Made by a program: the position numbers and the translations under genes. From Oopsacas minuta (Eukaryota > Animalia > Porifera): 64,000 bases of DNA. The notes under the pieces were generated by a model, which did no database searches, had not been told where the DNA came from, and saw nothing but the letters and a program-made list of their open reading frames with translations. Location of the stretch: the NCBI GenBank assembly GCA_024704765.1, contig JAKMXF010000004.1, positions 124,001-188,000 on the forward strand. The letters are read 5' to 3'. Positions 22,445 to 33,560 of this stretch are shown here, one piece after another. The stretch's first letter is position 1; the number at the start of each line of letters is the position of its first letter.

Positions 22445-25325
22445 CATAGACTCCTTAAATAGAAGGACTAGTCTCTGGCAATCTCGGATTACGGAACTTG
22501 GGTCCCACTGTATCATGACGCAACGAAGTCATTGCGTAATAAACATGGCAGGTCATGGAAAGCTTTTACTTTATCGCCGCTCCTGGCGTCACCTGGCGTC
22601 ACCTGACACTGTCCCTAGCTCATGCTGCTGTGTTATGTTCTTTTTCAGGTTTATATTGTAGCTTTACTAGCATTCAGGTGTTGGGAATCATCCAATTTAC
22701 AACTGCATTTTAAAGATGGTGTTGGTATTTACTTTATAATGCCTAAGAAGTGTAACGTATTTGGATGTCGTGGAAATTACAGGTGTGAGCCATACACAAA
22801 AGTAGTACAATTTCTAAGTGATGAAGATGAGCGAGATCGTTGGATTGATGCTATGCCAAATGAACGCTCCAGTCTGTTACAACTTAAACAAATATATGCT
22901 TGTTACCATCATTATGACTGTGAATGGGTCACAGTTAAAGGTGGTAAACGACCTAGCCAACCTCCGTCCATTCTTCCGGGTGTCCCAGAGTCCTGTTTAA
23001 AGCAAGTCTCTTCAACCCCTAGGAATACAAGTTCTTCGGCAGAAGTACGTGCCAGAAATGAAGACCTTAGAACTAACGCTCTTGATTAAATTGGTGACTT
23101 TGATTCTTTTTGTACAGTCATCCAACAGCTTCTCTCCAAAATCATCTTATTATTCATGATGGTGATGATGTTTACATGTCCAAAACTGACGCACAAGGAC
23201 GTTCAGTCGTCCAGTTTCTATATTTACAACACGTGAAATCACCATTTGGATTTTTATTCCTTAAATGTGTTGAGAAAAATGAAAAGGAAATACTTAGATC
23301 GTATTTTTCAAAAGCTGGTTTCCTACAGAAGAATAGCCTCATCAGCAAATGGTCACAATTCAATAGCATTTTAACGAGTATTCCAGATCACGAATTCAAA
23401 GACACAGACTACGTGAAAAGTGGCCTTGAGGAATTGAGTCGTATGTGTTGCTCTGAACTTCCCCATTATCAATTTTTGTATGCTCAGGTCGGGTTGTTAC
23501 TTATTGCACTAAAAGCCCGTCGTTTTGATAGAAATCTTTATGTTCTTGCTGCTGAACTTCATAACATTTCACCAGCTGCGTATAGAATCCATAACATTCA
23601 GTCTATGCTAAATTAGGTGGAGCTGGTAGAGTGTTTATTGACATCTTAAACTCTCACGCTTTTCTCGTTTATGACTATGTCCATTTATTCAAAAACATTA
23701 GGAATAACTGGATTACTGTGCCTCATAAGGAACTCGCATTCACAAAAGATGGTAAATCACACATAGCACGTTGGAAAGACATAGAAGCACTTTAAATTGA
23801 AGACAGGAAGAACTGCATCCGTTTGACCAAGATTATATACACAGTTGTGTATCCCAAGCCTTTGCAAAGACAAAGTGTGCCTTTTGTTTGTCAGATACTC
23901 AATGACAAAACTGTTGCTGCTCTTTCAACTTTAAAATATATGCTCAGTATTAGTGAGGGGACCATTGTTTTGTTAAACTCATCACTGACTGGTTCCATAT
24001 GATGAATGTCAAAGACAGGTTTTCTGGTATAAATACGCGTGATGAGTCTCGTCAACCGTGGTCCAAGAATTGCACAAGTTTCAAAAAACTCGATGAAACT
24101 TGTGATGTCATATCTTCTTGTGCATGGCCAGGTGGACAAGGTCGGACACAGAAACTCACAAAGCAGACTGCATATACAGTTGTACTGTCTACAAGAGCAA
24201 ATATCCAAGCAGCAGAGTTGTTGTTAACACACCACAACTTAAGTTATGTATTGCCTGGAGTGTTCGCGGATGAAGCTCTAGAGAAGTTTTTTGGCCAAGC
24301 CACAAGCCAGACAACGTAGTGCAGGAAATTTCTATATAGACGTCGTTGACATCAAGGCAGCTGCAGAAACCAAGAATCTTCACACACTTTTGAAATACGA
24401 TTCGACCCCATAGCCTCATAGTGACGTACCTTGCACTTGTAGCATTCATATAGAAGATCAATTTGATATCACTATTTTAGAGACTGAAGATCTTGTTCAA
24501 AGTAATGACACAATCAAACATAAAGTAATATTTATCGCTGGATATTTGGAACGAAAATCCGAACTAATATTTCAATGGCCAAAGCTAAAGATGGTGATGA
24601 CAATCTAACTGATTTGGAGTTTCTCACTAATTTAAATAGGGGTGGACTAACTGTGCCCCTAATCTCAACTGTTCATTTCGTTCATTCAGCTTACAAACTG
24701 TTTGTTAATTGCAATTTACACTGCTGTCGAGCTCACCTCAGCCAAGCCTTATCTCGTATTGACAGTGCAATATCTATTATTCAAGGAGCATGTGTTACTT
24801 TGTCAAACATACTTTTGAAGTCCTTTGTGCTGATAATAGTGATAGAAAGACAATTTGGCTGTTTGAGAAGGAAGGAAAAACTCTCATCTCAAAACTAAGT
24901 TGCAGTAATATCCCTGTTCACAGTGATATCCCTGTATACATGCAATTTTTGCCTTTTGTTTGCTTTGTATACTGACCTTATTAATTCATTCGTGCTAATT
25001 TTAGCATTTAAACTGTCATTTTGACTTATATAATCACAATGTATACTATTTTGAATGTGTTTGTCTCGTTACCCTGCATTTGATTAGAAGAATGCACAAA
25101 ATTTTAGATAAATTCCTGCTATTTAAGTGTTTTAACCTTCAAATGACCTTCAGGTGACCTTTTAGATGGTCAAAAGTATAAAAAAATTAATTCCTTGTCC
25201 CTTAAAACCCCATGTTAGACACCAAGATGATGGTTTTAGCATGTGTACAACCCAAGATATGATGGGACCCAAGTTCCAGACCCCGAGCATAGGAGATACT
25301 AGTCCTTCTATTTAAGGAGTCTATG
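22445..25325 (+). mobile_element. P element (THAP9-like), complete ends, internally deleted
   Basis: Perfect 28-bp TIR CATAGACTCCTTAAATAGAAGGACTAGT; perfect 8-bp TSD ccactatc; inner 14-bp inverted motif GGAACTTGGGTCCC 48 bp from each end. Confidence 0.96.
22739..24898 (+). pseudogene. THAP-domain P-type transposase
   Basis: MPKKCNVFGCRGNY...W...IYACYHHY...P (THAP); DYVHLFKNIRNNW; DEALEKFFGQ; FIAGY; LNRGGLTVP; multiple stops and frameshifts. Confidence 0.9.
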
Positions 25326-26844
25326 CCACTATCGTTGACAATCTCTCTCTAAATAGTCGGAGATTCTCTGAAGAGTCCTCTCTCGATTAAAATTAGGTTA
25401 TGCAAGGGTGTATGGCTTCAATACAAATGGACCAGGCATCCATGAGAGGTTGAAATGTAACTGACCTTAAGGAAATTCCATCCTTGTATTCACAAATCCC
25501 TATGGATATAGGTATGAAGGATACTGGTCGTGCCCAGCCAATTCTCTCCTCCTACCCAAGGTGATATTTTATAATAAATTGCAAAAATCGCAAGTTTAAT
25601 AGTTTTCAGACTGCTTGGTATGATATTTACCTTTGGATTAGCTATAGTATTTCTACGAGTCGAATATATTTTTCTCATGCGTATATTTTAGTCCTTACAA
25701 ACGAGATACAACTTTTACCAAAAAAATTTTTGATAATTGGATAAAAGCCAATTTGAAGGTAAAGGGCTAGGTAAACGTTATCCATCATCGGAATATATAA
25801 CTAACATCATAAAGTGGCAAGAATATAAAGCACAAATATTACATAAACACATATCGATTGCAGCAAGGTTGAACCCGCATAGCCCAGATATAGTGGAGAT
25901 TTTGTTAAATATTTTAATATCTTATTGGAATACATTCGTTACTTCTGTGTACAAGATCTAAATAATCCGCATATTTATTGGATAATATTTAATACGCCGA
26001 AATATTAAGTGAAAATGTGCTATACCTTTGCCAGTAGTAACACACTATATCGTACCAAGAATAACACTATTTCGAAACTATCCCTGCTGAATTTCTTAAC
26101 AATCACAAAACAACTACGAAATCTGATTTCAGATGCGTTAGATAAGCGATTTTCAATCCCCAGGATTAATATTTTGAAGGGTCTGGATGGGCTAATTCCT
26201 CAATCTGAGGATTTTTGAATTTTAGCATTCAGAAACAATTACATGAAAATTATTCTAAGGTTTTGAATATTAACGAAATTTCTCCATAAAGTGAGAAATT
26301 GAAATACCACGCCTTTACTGAAGTTGATTCTGATTTGAAAAACATGAACCTTGAATTTAATCCTATTGTTATGAAATTGATCAATTTCAAATATTCATTG
26401 CCGGTGTTTACAGTGTCAGTTGAGCGTACATTTTCATGTATGAATAGAATACAAACTTTCAAGAGGGGAAACTATTTGATTGTCTTTTTTGATATTCCCT
26501 ATACAGAGATATAACTCAGAATTTGGATTTACTGAGATTATTGAAGCGTTTGCTGCAACAGAGAGAAAATACCATTAAGTATTAAATGATTCTAGAATTT
26601 TACTAAGAAATTGATCGTATCTATCATTTATCATCGTTAAGCGATCGTTTTGTTCTCACTGGACTTGATTTCGAGACTATCATACAGATATACTAATTTA
26701 AAACATATATTCTAAGGATATTTAATAAAAAATGCCCTGGAATCAGAGATTTTGCATTTCGAAATTGCTAAATGATAGTGATTTTTACTTTAATTTGCAA
26801 TCCTTCAAAGATTCTACCCAGGATCCGTCCATGTCATATATGGG

Positions 26845-27000
26845 GTTAAGTACCCATCTAGTAAAGCTTCAATGAGGTTAGGTATCCATCTAGTGAATCT
26901 TCAATGAGGTTAAGTACACATCTAGTAATCTTCAATAAAGTTCAATCCCGTCAACGAAATCTTCATGATGTTAAATCTCATCTAGCAAATCTTCAATGAG
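26845..27000. repeat. ~32-bp minisatellite, right block (5 units)
   Basis: Tandem units starting at 26845, 26877, 26909, 26940 and 26970. Confidence 0.9.
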
Positions 27001-27380
27001 GGCAAATCGTTTGTTAGATTGTTAATGAGAAATCTTAGCTTAGTTGAATTTCTATATACTTAAAATTAATGTGATAAATACAAGGCTATAAATGTCAAAA
27101 TTGATATTTTTCAAAAGAACTATCATCATTACTTGCCTATATTTTGCAATAATCCGTGAAGACTGTGTAATGACCAGCATATGGAATGTAATAGGTTGGG
27201 GTTTGAGTCACAACTGCTTACTCATAGATTGCAATTTAGTCGTTTCGAAATCTCAGCGATATTACTATCACAACTGATATACTACAGCAATACACTCAAG
27301 TGTGGATCCAGGAGTTAGTCAATATGGTGGTTTTATATTTGAATCATAAATTTTGGGATTTCAAGATTAAAGTATAACAA

Positions 27381-27670
27381 TCTATATGATTCAATCTCAT
27401 TTGTTGTCTGTTTGTTTGTTTGTTTGTTTGTCCGTTGTCAAGGAAAGGAATTACGGTATACAATTTTGATTGAGTACATTGAGTTTAATTAGTAAAACTA
27501 CACCCTGTTTTGTCCCTCTCTCAGCTGTGGTGATCAGATATTCGAATTAAACAGTAGTCTTTCCTGATCGTAAACCAATTCCATATTATCCAATTAAACA
27601 AGAGCCGTGCTAGAATAATATGGGTACATTTGTAATACCGGAATGGAACCCGCCACTTGTTGGAAACTAG
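27381..27670 (+). mobile_element. Helitron-like non-autonomous element
   Basis: A|TCTATAT 5' end, (GTTT)n tract then gtccg, degenerate hairpin cccgc-cactt-gttgg, and CTAG|T 3' end. A homologous 5' part lies at about 60290-60391. Confidence 0.55.
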
Positions 27671-29064
27671 TGTAATTATATATATTACCAAGCGAGCGTG
27701 GCGAGCGAGCGAAAATTATTTCTAAGATAATTAAATCATTATTATAATAAACATAGCAGTTTGAGGCTCGTGGAAATTTGAGGCGGTTAAACAGAAAATA
27801 GTAGCCAAACAAATTACCCTGTAAATTGATGTTGCCTGGAAATGATCACGCCTGCAGATTCTGATTTAAGACCGGTTTAGCGAAATGTGGGGGGAGTGTC
27901 GCCCCACGCAAAGTTCTCCCTGTATATACCTTACATTCCTTATTCTGGTAATACATTTTGATATATCTATGATGATTATGACACAATATTGAAAATTATC
28001 ATATCTGGTATTAAGGATGACTGCACAATATTCTTAGGAGATATCATATCGAAATTTATTATCAGGGTATGGGAATTTGAGTGTATACTATATGTTTGTA
28101 GGATGATTGTCCATAATATTGCTTATCAAGTTATTGGTGGATATAGACAAAAATATACCATCCATGGTCACTGCCTCAACTCTTAAACACGCAACTTTAT
28201 CATGATGATATTTTGATATTTTATGTGACTAAAACTTATATATATTATCTTCTAAAATCAATAATATTTAAACTCTTTCGTTATATTATTCTGTTAATTA
28301 ACGATAGGTGACCCACATTTGATGGGACAATGCATTAAATACATGCAACAACACTGCATTTAGCTAATCCTGTCTTAAGTGAAAACAGCCTAAATATCCG
28401 TCACTTTTATCATGACGGGGTTAGCCATTAATGAGTATTAATTTAGCAGCTTGTATAGAAATAGAATTTTTCCTGCTGTAGTCATTCCAAGCCTATTCTT
28501 CACTTTGAAATTAAAAAACTCGAATGTTGAGGAAATACTCTCTATCCCAGCAGTTGAACTAATACTGAATATTATAGTTAAATGGGAGACTTACAGATCA
28601 CAGATCTAATTGTGACAAAAATAATCAATAAATATTAGCTAAAAAATAATCACGAAAGGTGATTTTGAGAGATTTAGGGAGTTCATAATCTTGTTTTTGG
28701 ACTCAACTAGCGCCATTCGCTTGCTAGGTCGCTGCGCAGCAGCTTAGAGCCTTGGGTTAGCTTAAGGATAAACAGCTACATTTGTTGATGCTTTTGGTAG
28801 CTACATGACGAGATATACTCTGCATTACGTGCCTTGGGTTAATTTTTTGTGGAAATATACAGTGGTCCATCCATAGTATTCTATTCACTAAGGCAATGGC
28901 ACACTATTTAAATTCTGGAGCATGGATGACAATTTCCTGGACTTTCAAATTTCAAATCATTGTTATAATGCCTTTCAACACTATTCTAAAGTGCTCTAAT
29001 GTAAAACGTTATAATTTAATGATTTACAACCTCCCAAACCAATTATAATTACCATATTATAGTA

Positions 29065-29704
29065 CAGTAAACATTGGATTTAACGACATCGGCTTTAACG
29101 ACAAATCGCTTATAACGACTCATTTTGCTTTCCCAGAATCTCGCAGCATTATTCTGCACACACCATACCTCGGGTATAACGACCTGTCAGATAACGACAC
29201 ATTGAATTTAGCGACATATTTTCTATGCCTGTTCTATGCAAATCCCATCGGATATTACGACTTTTGGGCTGTCTGTACCGTGGACTTCAGAAAAGTGTAC
29301 TAATTAGTGAATTATTAAGGTATAATGATTGCTTTAATTATATAGCAATTAAAATCTCCCCTGTTTTGAATCAACAGCAACTGGCTTCTTACGAATATGC
29401 ATATTTAAAGCTATTGTACGTCCAATGTAATGCTAAAATTTTATCTTCATGGATTCGAGCGGAGTTGGCAAAAGGAAGCACTTTTCTTTTGCTAAAAAAT
29501 ACGAAATTTTGAAGGAGCTTGATGCAGATAATACAACATGACGAGGATACAAAAACATAGAATACTACATCGTATAACATGAATAAATTTGGGTGTCATC
29601 AGGTATATAATGCATATTAAAGCTTCCTCGGATTTAGTGACAAATCGGATATAATGACCTTTTTTGCCTGTCCAAACGAGTGTCGTTAAATCCAATGTTT
29701 ACTG
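29065..29704. mobile_element. pogo/Tigger-type non-autonomous element (640 bp)
   Basis: Perfect 24-bp TIR CAGTAAACATTGGATTTAACGACA; TA TSD. Confidence 0.9.
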
Positions 29705-29799
29705 TACTTTAATAGTAGAAACACAATCCATTATTCAGAATACAGGACTAGATAAGTATATATCAATAAATAAAGATAAAAATGATAATAATTCATTTA

Positions 29800-29869
29800 C
29801 AGTGAAACCTCCCAAAGAGGGGAGGCTGAGCCCCCAAGTTTCGGTCCCCCACTTCGGGAGGTTCCATTC
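29800..29869. mobile_element. 70-bp mini-MITE (pogo-like ends)
   Basis: Imperfect ~24-bp arms cagtgaaacctcccaaagagggga / rc gaatggaacctcccgaagtggggg; TA on both sides. Confidence 0.55.
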
Positions 29870-29939
29870 TATTGTCTGGCTCTTCGTTCTCTCACTCTCT
29901 CCACTCGTCATGCAGGCATGCAGTAATAGTTGAATACCG

Positions 29940-32270
29940 TACTCTAAAACAAAATAGTAAATAAAATTAGGTACATTTTTTAGCTTAGTGTTATCTCTAT
30001 TTAAGACCATGACATTAGAATTGCGAACCCTCTCTGACAGGTTGATATTATACCATGTTAAACACAATTTCCTCAATTTATCCCAATTCCAGACACCACA
30101 AAAACTCCAATCTTTCCAGATATCACTGTATCTATCTTCAATAAGGCTCATTGATATCGATACCAACAGGCTACGAGATCGTCCAGTATAGAATTCCTTG
30201 CTTAGGGACCCACTCTTGTCAATTTGAATTAAGGTTTCATATAAGACATTCACACATTTCACCACATTCCAAGAAGGATATTTAAGAGAGCCTCTATCCA
30301 CTAAGACTATCAAAGTATACTGGGATCCGATATCATTATTAACTTCGAGAAGTTTATCTGAAGTTAAAAGGCCTTGATAAGAGTAACAACCATTAGACTT
30401 CTTACAGTAAGAAAAGACTGCATCCTGCAATATAAGCGAGACATTCTATTTGGGAGACTTTTATTTCAGGAAGTGAGATTTCGTTCAATTTGGTGAGATA
30501 ATATTCTATATCAAGTTGTTCTTGATTTATACAATCACAGTCGACAGCAAATCTGTTGAGGTATTCTTTCAGAGAAATGGTAACTTCAGTAGAGCTAGAC
30601 GCAGAAGAATATTTAAGATCGAACACCTTTAGAAGATTTGAAAGTTGGAGTCTGCGTTCGCTCTCTAATATCTGATTAAAGGAATCTGATAATGGGATCC
30701 TGACATCTGTGTATATAAACCAAAGTGGTATTCAAGAGGATCATTCTGGATTCTGGCAGTTGGAAATATTAGTAGCCGCTGTTGTCTGTAAGTTGTGTGA
30801 CTAGAAGTGATAACACCTCACGAGTGTGTCTATAGCTGGTAAAGGTTTGTGCAGTTAACTTTCCAGATGTAAACGGCAGATTAACCCAGCAGTTCAACCA
30901 AGAGACAATGTTGTTCAAAATGTTAAATGAAAGTCCGAGGAGTAAATTGGAGTGAATATTCATCATTAAATCAGATATTTTTCCGACCCAGTTTACATTA
31001 AATATTTTCCATTCTTTACTGATTAGCTCAAGAAATTCTACCGTTTGATTGATCCAACTAATAGACCAGCTGATGTTGTTTCATCGCAAATTTTCAATGC
31101 AAGACCATTTAGTCGTTCTAACCTAGATGGCCAACGAGATTTCGTTGTTAATTTTGGTGCACGCTTCAAGACATTGCATTTATCAGATTGAAACATATTA
31201 TAGATACTTCAAATGCTGCACATAGCAAATTTCGAGGTAAATTGATTTAGAGATAAATAGAATGGTTTAAATGCTGGCTCGAGAAATTGAGATATAAGAG
31301 ATTTATTTGTGTCACTTATATTTCGTTGTGGATTTGCACTTAACTGGCAATCACCGAAATTCGAGAAAATGAATGTATTATCCAAATTATCAAGATTTAA
31401 GCAATTTTTCCTGATGAATTTAATGATGTGAACAATATCAAAAAGCAGGATCAAATTTCTTTCTGGATTGCATAGGTGTTGTACTTTTGGTCGCAGTGTT
31501 GAATCAGCGGAAAAAACATTTGAATAATCGAACAGTGAGTAGATAATTGTCTGTACATACAGCTTTGACAAACAGACAACAATTTTCAATATCACAGATA
31601 GTAGATTTAACAATAGGAATATAAAGTTTCTGCAGAAGAAGAGCCTAAGGTATTAACCGGACAATAGGGGAGAATCTGGTTGATAAACTAGAAACCATCA
31701 TAGAAAAATACAGTAGTGTGTAGACCATCAGGGTTGTCAATCGATCCGACTACCCTTCACCTTATCAGACGGACCACTACGAATGTGGACTTCATCTATT
31801 TGAAGTATGACATAACGCTCTAAATCATTAAATGTCGAAGCAACCTCACATAGAATTTTAGTAAACTCGCTCTCCAATCCAATACAATTCTTGATTTTCA
31901 ACAAATTACGCCCGTGTGGAAAATAATACAGTTACAATCCTGAATAAGATGATAACAAGCTGGTGACAACCCGTGGATTTTTAAACAAAAGACTTGAGTT
32001 AGAATGCTATACCTGCGAGTATGTTTCTCAACGATTATATATTTCAACTGATAGAGCAAAAAATTAGACGCATTATCATAGAATCGTTTTTCGGGTTCTA
32101 AATCGGGCATTGAATGAGTGGGATCAAATGTATCAAGCATTTGTGATATTATTAAGGCACGCTCAGAAATGTTTATTTGGCCAAATTTATCGAATGTTTG
32201 CGGAACCTTGCTCTATCTTGAAAACTAAGTCGGAGTCCTTCAAGTCCTGAGAATTGACTTCCCGGTTATG
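29940..32270 (-). pseudogene. Second P/THAP9-like transposase remnant
   Basis: RRYSILTQVFCLKIHGLSPACY; LLFDIVHIIKFIRKNCLN (DxxH motif); IECLAYIAG; LVDRGSLKYPS. Termini not found. Confidence 0.8.
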
Positions 32271-32456
32271 AGAGGTCCAGTGGCGGCGCTAGCATGACCT
32301 TAGATAGGGCTAGCGCCCCATCAGTGAAGAGTGACTGTAATAATTTGATTGTGCAAATTACGAAACTAAATAATTATTTCATTATCGAATTGTTAGTCAA
32401 TATTCATTGGTACTAGGATGTCGCCAATGATTGGGTCACAAATTGTAAATTCATAA

Positions 32457-32992
32457 CACTGTACAACAAATTTTCACTTTGGAAAAAATACGAGAACCTG
32501 ATTAGGTCTCTAAAGGCAATTAGGATCTCCTGATTCCGAATATGAATACAGATTTGCTCAATCACGCACCTATTTTATAAAATTCTAACATGCAAATTGT
32601 GAAAATGGCACATATTTCCAAAAAAATTTCTGATTTAACATACTTATATCATCTTTTAGTTTTTTGGTTATGTATTCTCATTTTTTGTTGGTGTGATTTA
32701 GATTTCGTAAGTTAAATGACCAATTTTTTGCCTATACTACCTCGTTTTGGTATGTTTGCTCTAAATACTATGTAGTTGAATAATTTTCACAGGTTTCATA
32801 TGACAAGATGATATATGGAAATACATATTTTTCCAAAATGTTGAAATTTCACATTTTCAATGTTAAATTCTATAAAATTGTGGGTGATAGAGCAAAACTG
32901 TATTCATATTCGAAATCAGGAGATCCAAATTGACTATAGGGACCTAATCAAGTAGTCGTATTTTTAACAAATTGAAAATTTGTTGTTCAGTG
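32457..32992. mobile_element. 536-bp long-TIR MITE with CACTG termini (CMC/EnSpm-like)
   Basis: About 190-bp imperfect TIRs beginning CACTG(T/A)ACAACAAATTTTCA; TAA on both flanks. Confidence 0.8.
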
Positions 32993-33094
32993 TAATCAAG
33001 GTAAAGTAGGTAAATAAATATAAATAATTATGGTTATCTATACTATTGGAAGGCAATTAATCTGTATAGATGTATATATATGTTTGTAGGTCCA

Positions 33095-33560
33095 GTATTA
33101 ATTGAAGAAACTGGAAACCTCCAGGGCTGATTTTTGATATTTTGGGCCTGGCCCGAACAAGTTCGAGTCTGGACGAAAATACACAGATGACAAAACTATG
33201 ACGTTATTGTCCCCTTTTGGATCTTCAAAATATCACATTAATGACCACTGCTCAGCCAATATACATGATAGAAGTGTCAATTTGGAATCACAGGTATCCA
33301 TCAATGTGCAAATGTAGTAATATCATGATTCTGACTAACAGATTACTCATCATTGGACATTACGTCATCATGATTCTACAACAACCGTAAAATTTTCACA
33401 ACTTCGAAAAAAGTCAGAAACTCTAACAACCGAGGCACGAAGTGCCGAGATTACAAACCACAAGCGACATAGCATCTCCAGTGTCACCACAGAAGCCTAT
33501 TCAATGTAATTTGGATGGGCCACAACTATACAAATTCTTCTATATGATTAACCTAAATTC
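33095..33560 (+). repeat. Unclassified dispersed repeat X, copy 1
   Basis: Shares cacgaagtgccgagatt...gcgacatagcatct...gtgtcaccacagaa and upstream blocks with 38945-39170 and rc 59300-59755. Confidence 0.8.

Larger units (their letters stand above)
22250..26833 (+). mobile_element. Deleted hAT (ZMYM1/THAP12-like) hosting a P element
   Basis: Termini CAGGCACGGATC / rc CATGGACGGATC. C-terminal dimerisation remnant LPVFTVSVERTFSCMNRI at about 26400-26460. The TSD is degenerate, but the element splits the minisatellite. Confidence 0.65.

Noticed and set aside
21990-27000. CRISPR-like interpretation of the 32-bp repeats (also the 30-bp MULE arrays)
   Set aside because: Units are head-to-tail with no unique spacers, the context is eukaryotic, and there are no cas genes.
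28700-28770. Possible Helitron 3' end (rc ...GCGCTAGT) with GC-rich hairpin
   Set aside because: No 5' end or second copy in the window.
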